39,439 nt of DNA from a virus. Its lineage: Duplodnaviria; Caudoviricetes. This document shows positions 1 through 8,187 of this stretch, piece by piece; position 1 is the first letter of the stretch; every line of letters starts with the position of its first letter. The stretch is taken from positions 1-39,439 of IMG/VR virus record IMGVR_UViG_3300025127_000087. One strand, written 5' to 3'. The notes under the pieces are model-generated. The model saw nothing but the letters and a program-made list of their open reading frames with translations. It did not search any database and had not been told where the DNA came from. The position numbers were made by a program, and so were the translations under genes.

Positions 1-2
1 GA

Positions 3-944
3 CTGAAGCGCGTCAAGGAACAGCGCATGACCACGTCGCTGGTCAACGGCATGGAGAAGTCTCTCTTCGCCGACTGCGTTGCGAACAAGGCTGAGATCGC
101 TGATGCCACTGGCAGCCAGCCCTTCCCTCTGTCTGCGTTTGTCAATGAGATCATTGTCAACACGGCAGAAACTCAGCTTGGTGAAATCCGTGGTGGTGGT
201 CTTCCGCAGGGATGGACTGACATCCAGGGAATCAACCCACATGCTGAACCCCGTTGGACGAACCAGGTTTCGTTCTACGCTGCTTCAGCAGGTGCTCCAG
301 TCACCACTGGTGTTGGCTTGGCTCCTGTTTCGACTGTGTCCTGCAACAACGTTGCAGCGCAGACTGGAACAAGCACCGTCGCCGTGTCTGATGCTGACAA
401 CCTTCCCGTTGGTGGCTTCCTTCAGGCGTTCGATGACATGTTCCTCAAGTGCCAGTACACCGCGCCCTCGCAGTTCTCTGAGTACTTCAGCAACGCCACG
501 ATGGCACAGCAGATGATTCTCTGCTCACGCGCTGGTCTGAACACATACACGGATGCCCTCCGTGATGCCAACGACCGTCTCGTGTCACCCCAGGATCCCG
601 CTTACGCCCAGCCCACTTATGCTGGCATTCCCCTCCGATACATCTCAGCACTCGATGCAGCGAAGCTGTACCCGGCTGACTCGGATGGAAGTGAAAGCAA
701 TGAGTACGACGCAAGCGATTCAGAGTTGGCGACCAACACCAACAACAAGGGTGCTCGCTACTACTTCGTGAACAGCGAGTATCTCAACGTTGTTCTGCAC
801 GGCAACCACTTCTTCAAGAAGTCAGATGTCATGCGTCACCCCAACCAGCCTTACACCTCGATCGTCCTGTGTGACACCTGGTGGAACCTGATGGCTCGTT
901 CGCGTCAGCGTCACGGCATCATTGCCCCCGCAACCACGGCCTGA
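3..944 (+). CDS. Major capsid protein, allele A (5'-truncated by the window edge)
   Basis: Frame is open from base 3. Protein matches the C-terminal part of 37521-38831 except two loops and the extreme C-terminus. Confidence 0.85.
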   Translation: MKRVKEQRMTTSLVNGMEKSLFADCVANKAEIADATGSQPFPLSAFVNEIIVNTAETQLGEIRGGGLPQGWTDIQGINPHAEPRWTNQVSFYAASAGAPVTTGVGLAPVSTVSCNNVAAQTGTSTVAVSDADNLPVGGFLQAFDDMFLKCQYTAPSQFSEYFSNATMAQQMILCSRAGLNTYTDALRDANDRLVSPQDPAYAQPTYAGIPLRYISALDAAKLYPADSDGSESNEYDASDSELATNTNNKGARYYFVNSEYLNVVLHGNHFFKKSDVMRHPNQPYTSIVLCDTWWNLMARSRQRHGIIAPATTA

Positions 945-965
945 TCCTGAAAGGAAGGACCAATC

Positions 966-1415
966 ATGTCTCTCAGCTTTACTCAGGGGCCATCGGGCCT
1001 CGAATTTGAAACCCAGAGCGTCACGGTCACATGCAATGACGCAGTGCTCAAGGGGAACGTTGTCACCTTCGTTCTCGCAAGCGGTGGGTACGCAGCATGT
1101 GCAAAGTCAGCAACTGCTGACAGCACTCCTGATCACATCCTTGGTATCGCACTCGAAGACATCAGTGCTGGTGCTCAAGGTCGTGTCGGAATGCGCGGCG
1201 TGTTCCAGGTGCTCTGTCATGCAGACCTCGATGATGGCGAAGTCGCCATTAACGGCGGAACTGCTGGGCAGCTTACGGCTATGGGTACTGACCCGACCGA
1301 TGGCGGTTCCGCCTACGTCAAGCCGGTTGGCGTTGCCCTTGAAACCATCGGTGCAGGCGGAATTGGATCCGTTCTGTTCGATGGTGTCACTGGTTTCGCT
1401 GCCGCGAACAACTGA
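966..1415 (+). CDS. Capsid decoration/cement protein (DUF2190-like), allele A
   Basis: 149 aa, Gly/Ala-rich, directly after MCP; motifs ILGIALEDISAGAQGRV and VGVALE; SD-like AAGGA upstream. Confidence 0.75.
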   Translation: MSLSFTQGPSGLEFETQSVTVTCNDAVLKGNVVTFVLASGGYAACAKSATADSTPDHILGIALEDISAGAQGRVGMRGVFQVLCHADLDDGEVAINGGTAGQLTAMGTDPTDGGSAYVKPVGVALETIGAGGIGSVLFDGVTGFAAANN

Positions 1416-1430
1416 TCCATTCAAACCACA

Positions 1431-1462
1431 CACTTGGGGGGGTAGCCATTCCCCCTCAAGTG
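1431..1462 (+). terminator. Stem-loop after decoration gene (weak terminator or processing/stability hairpin)
   Basis: CACTTGGGGGG...CCCCCTCAAGTG with only a short U run. The second copy (39321-39352) has A>G, which keeps pairing as G-U. Confidence 0.5.
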
Positions 1463-1481
1463 ATTTCAACTAGGAGATCGC

Positions 1482-2354
1482 ATGTACGCACCGACACAAG
1501 GCCCAGTCAATACTGGATTCGCGCAGACCGAGATCGAAGCAAAGGCATCTGGTAGTGACATCCTCAAGGGTCAACTGGTCAGGGTGCTACACAATGCAGA
1601 CGACGTCCCGACCGTTCGACTGACGAACAACGCAGACAGAGTCGCGTCGGTTCCTCTTGGTGTTGCCAAGCATGACTTCAAGCAAGGCTACAACGGCACG
1701 GTTGTTGTGGCTGGTGTTGGCATGGTCCTGGTCACAGACGCATCGTTGAAGACCGCAACACGGTCAGATGCTGATATCGAAATTGTGTGCAGTGATTCTG
1801 GAGTAGCAATCCAACGAACTGCTACAAATGCCAAAGGCAGCATACCGTTTGGAATGACAATCGAGGCCAAAGGTACTGCTCGGGATTATGTGCCAGTTGC
1901 TTTCTCTGGGTACGCCAGGATCAACTCACCATCAAACGTGGCACTCACAAGCATCAGTGTCAGTGGTGACATTTCTAGGACAGCGGCGAACACGTACATT
2001 CCACAGCAAGGAGTTGCGAACAGAATCTTGCTACCGGAAAAAGCATGGAATCCTAAACTAGGATCTCCTGCACATGTTGATGTGTACCGTGAATCCTTCT
2101 ACCAGGCTTTGGATTCATCTGGTCCTGCTGGTGACGTTGAACTGAAAAGTTCAGGCGTGTCATTCATCATCAACTGTGGTGGATACCTTCATAACAATGG
2201 AAGCAACAACATCCACTCAATGCCATTTGACAGCGATGTGAATTCTGCTGGTATATCTGTGAACGGATCATCAGGAGCAATGACCTTGATGAGAGGTTCG
2301 TTCGTTGATGATACCGATGATGGGTACTTTGTTTGGGTCGATTACGTCGAGTAA
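1482..2354 (+). CDS. Second decoration-like virion protein with C-terminal extension
   Basis: N-terminus (QGPVNTGF..., LGVAKHD, FGMTIE) resembles 966-1415; AGGAG SD; extra ~140-aa domain. Confidence 0.6.
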   Translation: MYAPTQGPVNTGFAQTEIEAKASGSDILKGQLVRVLHNADDVPTVRLTNNADRVASVPLGVAKHDFKQGYNGTVVVAGVGMVLVTDASLKTATRSDADIEIVCSDSGVAIQRTATNAKGSIPFGMTIEAKGTARDYVPVAFSGYARINSPSNVALTSISVSGDISRTAANTYIPQQGVANRILLPEKAWNPKLGSPAHVDVYRESFYQALDSSGPAGDVELKSSGVSFIINCGGYLHNNGSNNIHSMPFDSDVNSAGISVNGSSGAMTLMRGSFVDDTDDGYFVWVDYVE

Positions 2355-2379
2355 ATAAGACAATCCTTTCTCTTTCTCA

Positions 2380-2407
2380 GGGTTGGTCGCTTCATCTCGG
2401 CCAACCC
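2380..2407 (+). promoter_or_regulatory. Intergenic 10-bp hairpin
   Basis: GGGTTGGTCG-cttcatct-CGGCCAACCC (one G-U pair), preceded by a CT-rich tract, no U tail. Confidence 0.45.
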
Positions 2408-2420
2408 GTTCAAGGCCGCC

Positions 2421-3365
2421 ATGACAATCACACTTGCTCAACTTGCTGGTCACGCTCGCCTCGCCGTTGGTGGATCCCCATCGACTGCACCGGGTGTCAC
2501 AGAAAACGACAGGATCGCAGAGATTGTCAACGGGGCCGGGGAGCATCTGTTCTCCCGGCCTTGGCGGTGGCGTGAGCGGACTGCTGGAGGTTTCGACCTC
2601 ACCGCAGACCAGGCGTTCATCAACCTTGCAACCGACGGATCAGGAGCCGCGATGGTGATCGACGAGATCATCAGTGTGAAGCCTGCTGATGTCCTCAAGT
2701 TCTCGTTCGAGATGGTCACACCTGCCGTGTTCGAGGAATACAAGCGAACGACCGTCACTACAAACCTGTTCTACGTTGCGACTCTTACTCGTGCGAAGCA
2801 GACAACATCTGGCTTGCAGGATGCTCGACTCGACATCTACCCAACCCCGACCACGACAACAGACGATGCTGTGTTCATCCGCTACCGGGAAGGTTGGCCT
2901 GGATACACCTCGACGCAGGTTGGAAGCACTGGGGCCGAAGTCATACCTGTCCCAGCCAACGCAGAGCAACTGCTCATCGAGTATGTCCGAGCGTTCGCAG
3001 AAGGCAGTGAAGATGGCACGACCCAGATGCGGGTTGTTGCCGTAGACGGCGGGACATTGCTCGACCAGGCTCTCCGCAAGGACGGCTTGTCAACGAACGA
3101 CCAGGGCGCGTTGCCCATGAGTAGAAGTTTTTTTTTCGGATACGGTGACAGCACCCACCCCGGTGTCAATCAGCCCGGTGTCAATGGAGGCTTGAATCTC
3201 GTGTGGCGCGGAACATACTCAACATCTAACTCATACAACAAAGATGATCTTGTTCACTTGAGCGGCAGTGTGTACATCGCGCTCCAACCAAGCACGAACC
3301 AGTCTCCGACTGTGAGCGACAGCGTCTACTGGGATCTATTCCTCAGAGGCGATGCTGCGAGCTAA
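2421..3365 (+). CDS. Head-tail adaptor (tail tubular protein A-like) fused to a C-terminal CBM5/12-like carbohydrate-binding module
   Basis: Adaptor-like motifs (IVN...RPWRW, LDIYPTP...IRY, LLIEY); C-terminal WRGTYSTSNSYNKDDLV..GSVYIAL...P....YW. Confidence 0.65.
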   Translation: MTITLAQLAGHARLAVGGSPSTAPGVTENDRIAEIVNGAGEHLFSRPWRWRERTAGGFDLTADQAFINLATDGSGAAMVIDEIISVKPADVLKFSFEMVTPAVFEEYKRTTVTTNLFYVATLTRAKQTTSGLQDARLDIYPTPTTTTDDAVFIRYREGWPGYTSTQVGSTGAEVIPVPANAEQLLIEYVRAFAEGSEDGTTQMRVVAVDGGTLLDQALRKDGLSTNDQGALPMSRSFFFGYGDSTHPGVNQPGVNGGLNLVWRGTYSTSNSYNKDDLVHLSGSVYIALQPSTNQSPTVSDSVYWDLFLRGDAAS

Positions 3366-3403
3366 TCGGACCACGCTGGCCGTGCTATCGCAAGGAAGCA
3401 TGC

Positions 3404-4176
3404 ATGGCGATTCGGAAAGCAAAGATCGCAGCAATAAGCTGCACACATGCCCCGTACACTCCAGAGGCTACGAAACGATGGGTTCTCGACCAACTCGCAA
3501 ACCTAAAGGACTGCACCCACTTTGTGCATCTGGGGGATCTCCACGATGGGACTGCGGCGAGTGTGCATCCAGGGATAGCGGACCACACGCTGGAAGACGA
3601 GTACCGTTGTGCTTCACAGTTCCTTGCCGATATCCGAAGTGTTCTCCCGAAGAGTGTCAAATTCATTGCTTGCATGGGGAATCACGACGACAACATTCTG
3701 ATACCGGATCCGAGGAGGATCGATGCTCAACTGCACAGTCTGGTGGACTGGAGGGCGCACAAGGAGTTTGGTCCCGAGTACGCCAACTGGCAGTGGATCC
3801 CATACGAAAAATCTGCGCGAGGCTGCTATCGAGTGGGCCGGGTGATCCTGTTCCACGGGTTCGACTGTGGGTCAAATTCCGACCAGATCGAGGGCATTCA
3901 GATGGTTGGGATGTCTGGGTGGCATCCGCACTCATTGACAGTGCGAGGACACACGCACAGACCAGAGCGTGTGACCCAGGCGAGGAGGAGTGCGAAATGC
4001 ATGCTTCCGTACTGGAGTATGAATGTGGGAACGTGCGGTCCATTGCAGCCGAACTACATGAAACGAAAAGACTGTTCGATGTGGAATGCCGGGATGGCGA
4101 TTATCGAGACCGTTTGGAAGAAGCCCTCGAAAATTACTGGGAAAGCCTGGAATGCGGAATTGAAGGAAATGCCACG

Positions 4177-4180
<4 letters not shown>
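3404..4180 (+). CDS. Calcineurin-like metallophosphoesterase
   Basis: Motifs CTH (in place of DxH), GDLHD, GNHD, FHG, GHTH in the canonical order. Confidence 0.85.
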
Positions 4181-4400
<220 letters not shown>

Positions 4401-4404
<4 letters not shown>

Positions 4405-4553
4405 AGAAGAAGAAGCCAGGACTGTACGCCAACATCAATGCCAAGAAGAAGGCTGGGAAGAAGATGCGCAAGAAGGGCGACAAGGGCGCACCGACTGACA
4501 AGGCATTCAGAGACTCAGCCAAGACCGCGAAGAAGAAAGGCAAGAAGAAATGA
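4401..4553 (+). CDS. Small Lys-rich basic protein (50 aa)
   Basis: Manual translation MKKKKPGLYANINAKKKAGKKMRKKGDKGAPTDKAFRDSAKTAKKKGKKK; ATGA overlaps at both ends. Confidence 0.75.
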
Positions 4554-4720
4554 ACTGCATGTGTGGAGCAGAACTCATCCACGGAGGAGACCATGACGCT
4601 GAAGATTGTGGGTACTCCCCTGAAGACTGGTTGACTGTTTCCAATTTGAGTTGCCCGGAATGCGGTAGGTTCGTGCTTGTATTGGAACCGACTTACGAAG
4701 ATGAAAAGGCTTTGGTCTGA
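4550..4720 (+). CDS. Small putative zinc-binding protein (56 aa)
   Basis: Manual translation MNCMCGAELIHGGDHD...SNLSCPECG; two Cys pairs; fills the gap exactly. Confidence 0.65.
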   Translation: MNCMCGAELIHGGDHDAEDCGYSPEDWLTVSNLSCPECGRFVLVLEPTYEDEKALV

Positions 4721-5272
4721 ATGCAAACATTGACCCACGAGCTTGTGAAGCAGGAGATCCACAACTGGATCACGAACTACCTGGACGTGCCATCGGAGCA
4801 CTTCAACGGGCATCAGCCATGTCCATTTGCGCTGCCTGCATGGAATGCAGACAGAGTCGAGATCAAGGTAGGGGCGTGGGCATCCGTTCTCTGGTCGATT
4901 GACGCATTTGATGACAAGAAGGATCTTGTGATCATCGCAGTTCCAGAAGGTTCATACGATGGCCTAGAGCCATTCTGTGAAGCCAAGAACCAGAGGCTTG
5001 CTGATCAAGGCATTGACCTCATCTGCATTCCGTTCATCCCAAGCAGTGAGGGTGAAGAAGACCCCGACATCGACCCTGAAGCGTGGGGTGCGATCACCGA
5101 TCATGTGTATGGAATGGTGTTCATTCAACGCCTTTCAACACTCAACAAGGTTTCTCGAATGCTCGAACGTGAGGGCTACTACGAGAACGTCAGCGAAGAG
5201 TTCTGGAAGTACATCACATCCAGGCGCGAATTGGAGGCTCAACATGGCAGGCAAGAAGAAGTCAATGGGTAA
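4721..5272 (+). CDS. Hypothetical protein (PCPFA motif, DUF1415-like)
   Basis: 183 aa; abuts upstream stop; PCPFA motif. Confidence 0.6.
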   Translation: MQTLTHELVKQEIHNWITNYLDVPSEHFNGHQPCPFALPAWNADRVEIKVGAWASVLWSIDAFDDKKDLVIIAVPEGSYDGLEPFCEAKNQRLADQGIDLICIPFIPSSEGEEDPDIDPEAWGAITDHVYGMVFIQRLSTLNKVSRMLEREGYYENVSEEFWKYITSRRELEAQHGRQEEVNG

Positions 5273-5360
5273 GAAGATGGGTGCTCGCGGCGGTGTTCGT
5301 CGCAACGCCAAGAAGGTTGCACCTAAGCCCATGGTCCGCAAGAAGACCAAGCGACGGTGA
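5244..5360 (+). CDS. Very small Lys/Arg-rich protein (38 aa)
   Basis: GGAGG SD upstream; MAGKKKSMGKKMGARGGVRRNAKKVAPKPMVRKKTKRR. Confidence 0.6.
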   Translation: MAGKKKSMGKKMGARGGVRRNAKKVAPKPMVRKKTKRR

Positions 5361-5364
5361 TCAC

Positions 5365-5640
5365 ATGAGCATCGAGTACCGAGGCGAAAAGTTTAGCGGC
5401 TACAACAAGCCCAAGAAGACACCCGGCCACGCGAAGAAGTCACACGCCGTGCTCGCCAAAAAGGGCGACCAGGTCAAGCTGATTCGCTTCGGCCAGCAGG
5501 GCGTGACAGGTGCTGGCAAGAACCCGAAGACGGCGAAGGACAAGGCTCGCAAGAAGAGCTACTACGCTCGACACAATGCTCAAGACTCAAAGCCAGACAA
5601 GCTCTCTGCTCGTTACTGGTCACACAAGACAAAGTGGTGA
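5365..5640 (+). CDS. Small basic phage protein
   Basis: MSIEYRGEKFSGYNKPKKTP...LIRFGQQG...SYYARH...SARYWS..KW, a motif pattern I recall from aquatic phages. Confidence 0.7.
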   Translation: MSIEYRGEKFSGYNKPKKTPGHAKKSHAVLAKKGDQVKLIRFGQQGVTGAGKNPKTAKDKARKKSYYARHNAQDSKPDKLSARYWSHKTKW

Positions 5641-5647
5641 ATGACAC

Positions 5648-6838
5648 ATGCCGACATACAAGATCCAATTCAGGCAAGACACAGTCCAGGCGTTCAATGA
5701 TGGCAACGTGACGCTGCTCAAAGGTGAGCCAGCGATCATCACGGATACTTCGACGCACCAGAAAGCTGATGGCACTGGAGCGTTCTTCTTCATTGGTGAT
5801 GGCTCGACGGCAATCGGTTCTGCTGGTGGCGACCTGAAGCCAGCAGGAGCGTCGTATGTCAACCCGGCTGGTGGCGCAAACAACTACGCAGCGATCGATG
5901 CTGCTGTACTCACAGGGACCACAACAGTTGCAGACTTGACTGTTCAAGACACTGACAGCAATGATCCAACAGTCACAGTGAAGGCTACGGATGCCGCAGA
6001 ACAAACCGTGATCAAGCATGACTCGATCAACTGCGGTGGATCCATTACTAGCCTGGGCCACTCGATCACCGCAGGGGAGCTAGACATCGCGAGTGGAGCA
6101 ACGCTTGATGTCAATGGCACTTCGGACTTCAGTGCAAACATTGCATTGAGCGGCGGGGCAGATCTTTCTCTTGGAGACGGTTCCACGATCACCACGACTG
6201 ATGGAAACATTACGACTGGTTCAGGAAACATCACAACCGGCAGTGGAAATATCACTTCAGCGAGCGGGCATGTCTATGTCCCTGGTTGTGTGGTTCAAGT
6301 GCAACACTATCAAGTTGAAACAGCTTATTTGATGACTGGTGCCACAACCGGCGTGAGTGGTATTACTGACACGAGTAGCGCATCTAACTTGCTGCGAACA
6401 GCAGATGGCACATCTGCATACGTTGAGGTGACGATCACACCAAAATCAACGAACAGTATTTTGTTGGTTGAGGCTTCAGTGTTCCTTGAGTCTGACAACA
6501 ACAATACATTTTTAGCCTTGCGAAGAAAAGTTGGCACCGGATCAGAAACACACCCAGGTCTTCCAGCAGTCGGCGGCAGTAGCAGGATGCCATGTCTCAC
6601 ATCTTCTTATCCGCAAGGCGCGAATATAGTCAATAGTGAACATCCGAGCACAGTCACCCTGCGGTACTTTGATAACAACTGGGCTGGAAGTCTTGCTGCT
6701 GTTCGATATCGAATCGTTGTAGGGACTCGAAGCAACAGCAACATCGCGGTGAACAGATCCTTGTTTGACACGGACAACAATGAGAATACTCGCGGCCAGA
6801 CACTGCTCACCGTCACAGAAATTGCAGGGTCAAGCTGA
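5648..6838 (+). CDS. Tail/head fibre-like protein, paralog 1
   Basis: N-terminal RQDT...GEP...IGDG anchor motif; NITTGSG repeats; C-terminal beta domain (VVQV...ITPKSTNS...VTEIAG). Confidence 0.7.
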   Translation: MPTYKIQFRQDTVQAFNDGNVTLLKGEPAIITDTSTHQKADGTGAFFFIGDGSTAIGSAGGDLKPAGASYVNPAGGANNYAAIDAAVLTGTTTVADLTVQDTDSNDPTVTVKATDAAEQTVIKHDSINCGGSITSLGHSITAGELDIASGATLDVNGTSDFSANIALSGGADLSLGDGSTITTTDGNITTGSGNITTGSGNITSASGHVYVPGCVVQVQHYQVETAYLMTGATTGVSGITDTSSASNLLRTADGTSAYVEVTITPKSTNSILLVEASVFLESDNNNTFLALRRKVGTGSETHPGLPAVGGSSRMPCLTSSYPQGANIVNSEHPSTVTLRYFDNNWAGSLAAVRYRIVVGTRSNSNIAVNRSLFDTDNNENTRGQTLLTVTEIAGSS

Positions 6839-8184
6839 TGCCGAGGTATCAACTTAAAGTCAGGCAGGACACACTCAGCAACTTCGACACTTCCAATGTC
6901 GTTCTTGCCAAGGGTGAGCCTGCCATCATCACAGATGAGCAATCTGCGTCTGGTGACACGACTGCATTTTTCTACATCGGTGATGGTACTTCGCAGATCG
7001 TTGCAGGCAGTAGTGGATTGAAGCCTGCCCTGGCTGCATACGCGAACGTCGCTGGCGGCGCGAACAACTATGCCCCTATCGACGCAACGACGTTGACCGG
7101 GTTGACAACCGCGCAAGACATTGAGGTCAAGTCTGCTGCAAGCGCGACACCAGAGTTGAAAGTGATTTCTACCAACGCTGACTCTACTGATGACACGACG
7201 ATTGGACACAACTCAATCAACTGCGGCGGCATCATCTCGTCAGCAGGTGGCAACATCACAAGCGGTGAGCTTGATGTGACCGGGGCCACAGTTGATGTAA
7301 ATGGAACGTCCGACTTTGAAGCGAACGTCAGTATCAGTGGTGGTGCAGACCTGGCCCTTGGCGATGGTTCATCAATCACGACCACTGATGGAAACATCTC
7401 AACCACAAGCGGACAACTACAAAGCACGAGTGGCAACTTCACGTCGAGCACAGGGAAGCTGCATGTACCCGGTGCAGTCATCCAACATCAGTTTTTTCAA
7501 ACAACTGAACTAGGTGACCGAAACTGCGAAGGTGCTTCAGACCTTTCAATACTTGAGCCTGTGACAACAAAGCTCGGGTCCGATGGTGAATATGAGTACG
7601 TTAGAGTCAGCATTCAGCCATTTGACGTGAACAGCAAGTTGCTCGTTCAATGCCAGTTCATGGGCATCGACCCTTCAAATTCCTACATGACCGCAGGGCT
7701 AAATAGGTACGGTACGTTAAGCGGTTGGAATCTTGCACGGGAGACATTATTCTCGGCCACTAGCGATAGACTTGATGAGAGTGATCACTCTGTTCTCACC
7801 ATTGCAAGGAAAAAAGCGGACTCAGATTTGTACCTTGACGTGAACCCGCCAAGCTCAGGTTCACGAAACCAAGGGTTTGCCCGCACCATGACTGCCCACA
7901 ACGAAGGCACTGGGGTGTTCAGATCAATGTGGTCATCAATGCCTGCTGTTACCCAACATTTCAGTTTCTTAGATACTAGTTGGGCTTCAGGTGGACTCGG
8001 GACTGTGAGCTATCAACAAGCTATTAGATCATCTGTAGATTTTAGACTTTTCACCAACCAATCTTTGTGGCAAAACGCGCAGCAACATGCGTGGTCAGTT
8101 TCCACCCCAGCTTATCTAGCCACTGATCACTGTAGCTTTATCAATGGTATGTGCAGCATCAGCGTCAAGGAGATCGCAGGGTAG
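6838..8184 (+). CDS. Tail/head fibre-like protein, paralog 2
   Basis: First ~210 aa clearly homologous to 5648-6838; C-terminal domain diverged but also ends EIAG. Confidence 0.7.
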   Translation: MPRYQLKVRQDTLSNFDTSNVVLAKGEPAIITDEQSASGDTTAFFYIGDGTSQIVAGSSGLKPALAAYANVAGGANNYAPIDATTLTGLTTAQDIEVKSAASATPELKVISTNADSTDDTTIGHNSINCGGIISSAGGNITSGELDVTGATVDVNGTSDFEANVSISGGADLALGDGSSITTTDGNISTTSGQLQSTSGNFTSSTGKLHVPGAVIQHQFFQTTELGDRNCEGASDLSILEPVTTKLGSDGEYEYVRVSIQPFDVNSKLLVQCQFMGIDPSNSYMTAGLNRYGTLSGWNLARETLFSATSDRLDESDHSVLTIARKKADSDLYLDVNPPSSGSRNQGFARTMTAHNEGTGVFRSMWSSMPAVTQHFSFLDTSWASGGLGTVSYQQAIRSSVDFRLFTNQSLWQNAQQHAWSVSTPAYLATDHCSFINGMCSISVKEIAG

Positions 8185-8187
8185 GTC

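Larger units (their letters stand above)
1..1549 (+). repeat. Left copy of imperfect terminal direct repeat (matches 37894-39439); contains MCP/decoration allele A
   Basis: 1-127 is identical to 37894-38020 (first mismatch at 128). 1433-1549 is identical to 39323-39439. The interior is homologous but diverged. Confidence 0.95.

Noticed and set aside
1-1415. Diversity-generating retroelement template/variable repeat pair
   Set aside because: No reverse transcriptase is present, and the differences are not adenine-specific and include indels.
3352-4176. 5' part of the 350-aa ORF 3352-4404
   Set aside because: It overlaps the phosphoesterase in another frame; only 4177-4404 looks like a real gene.
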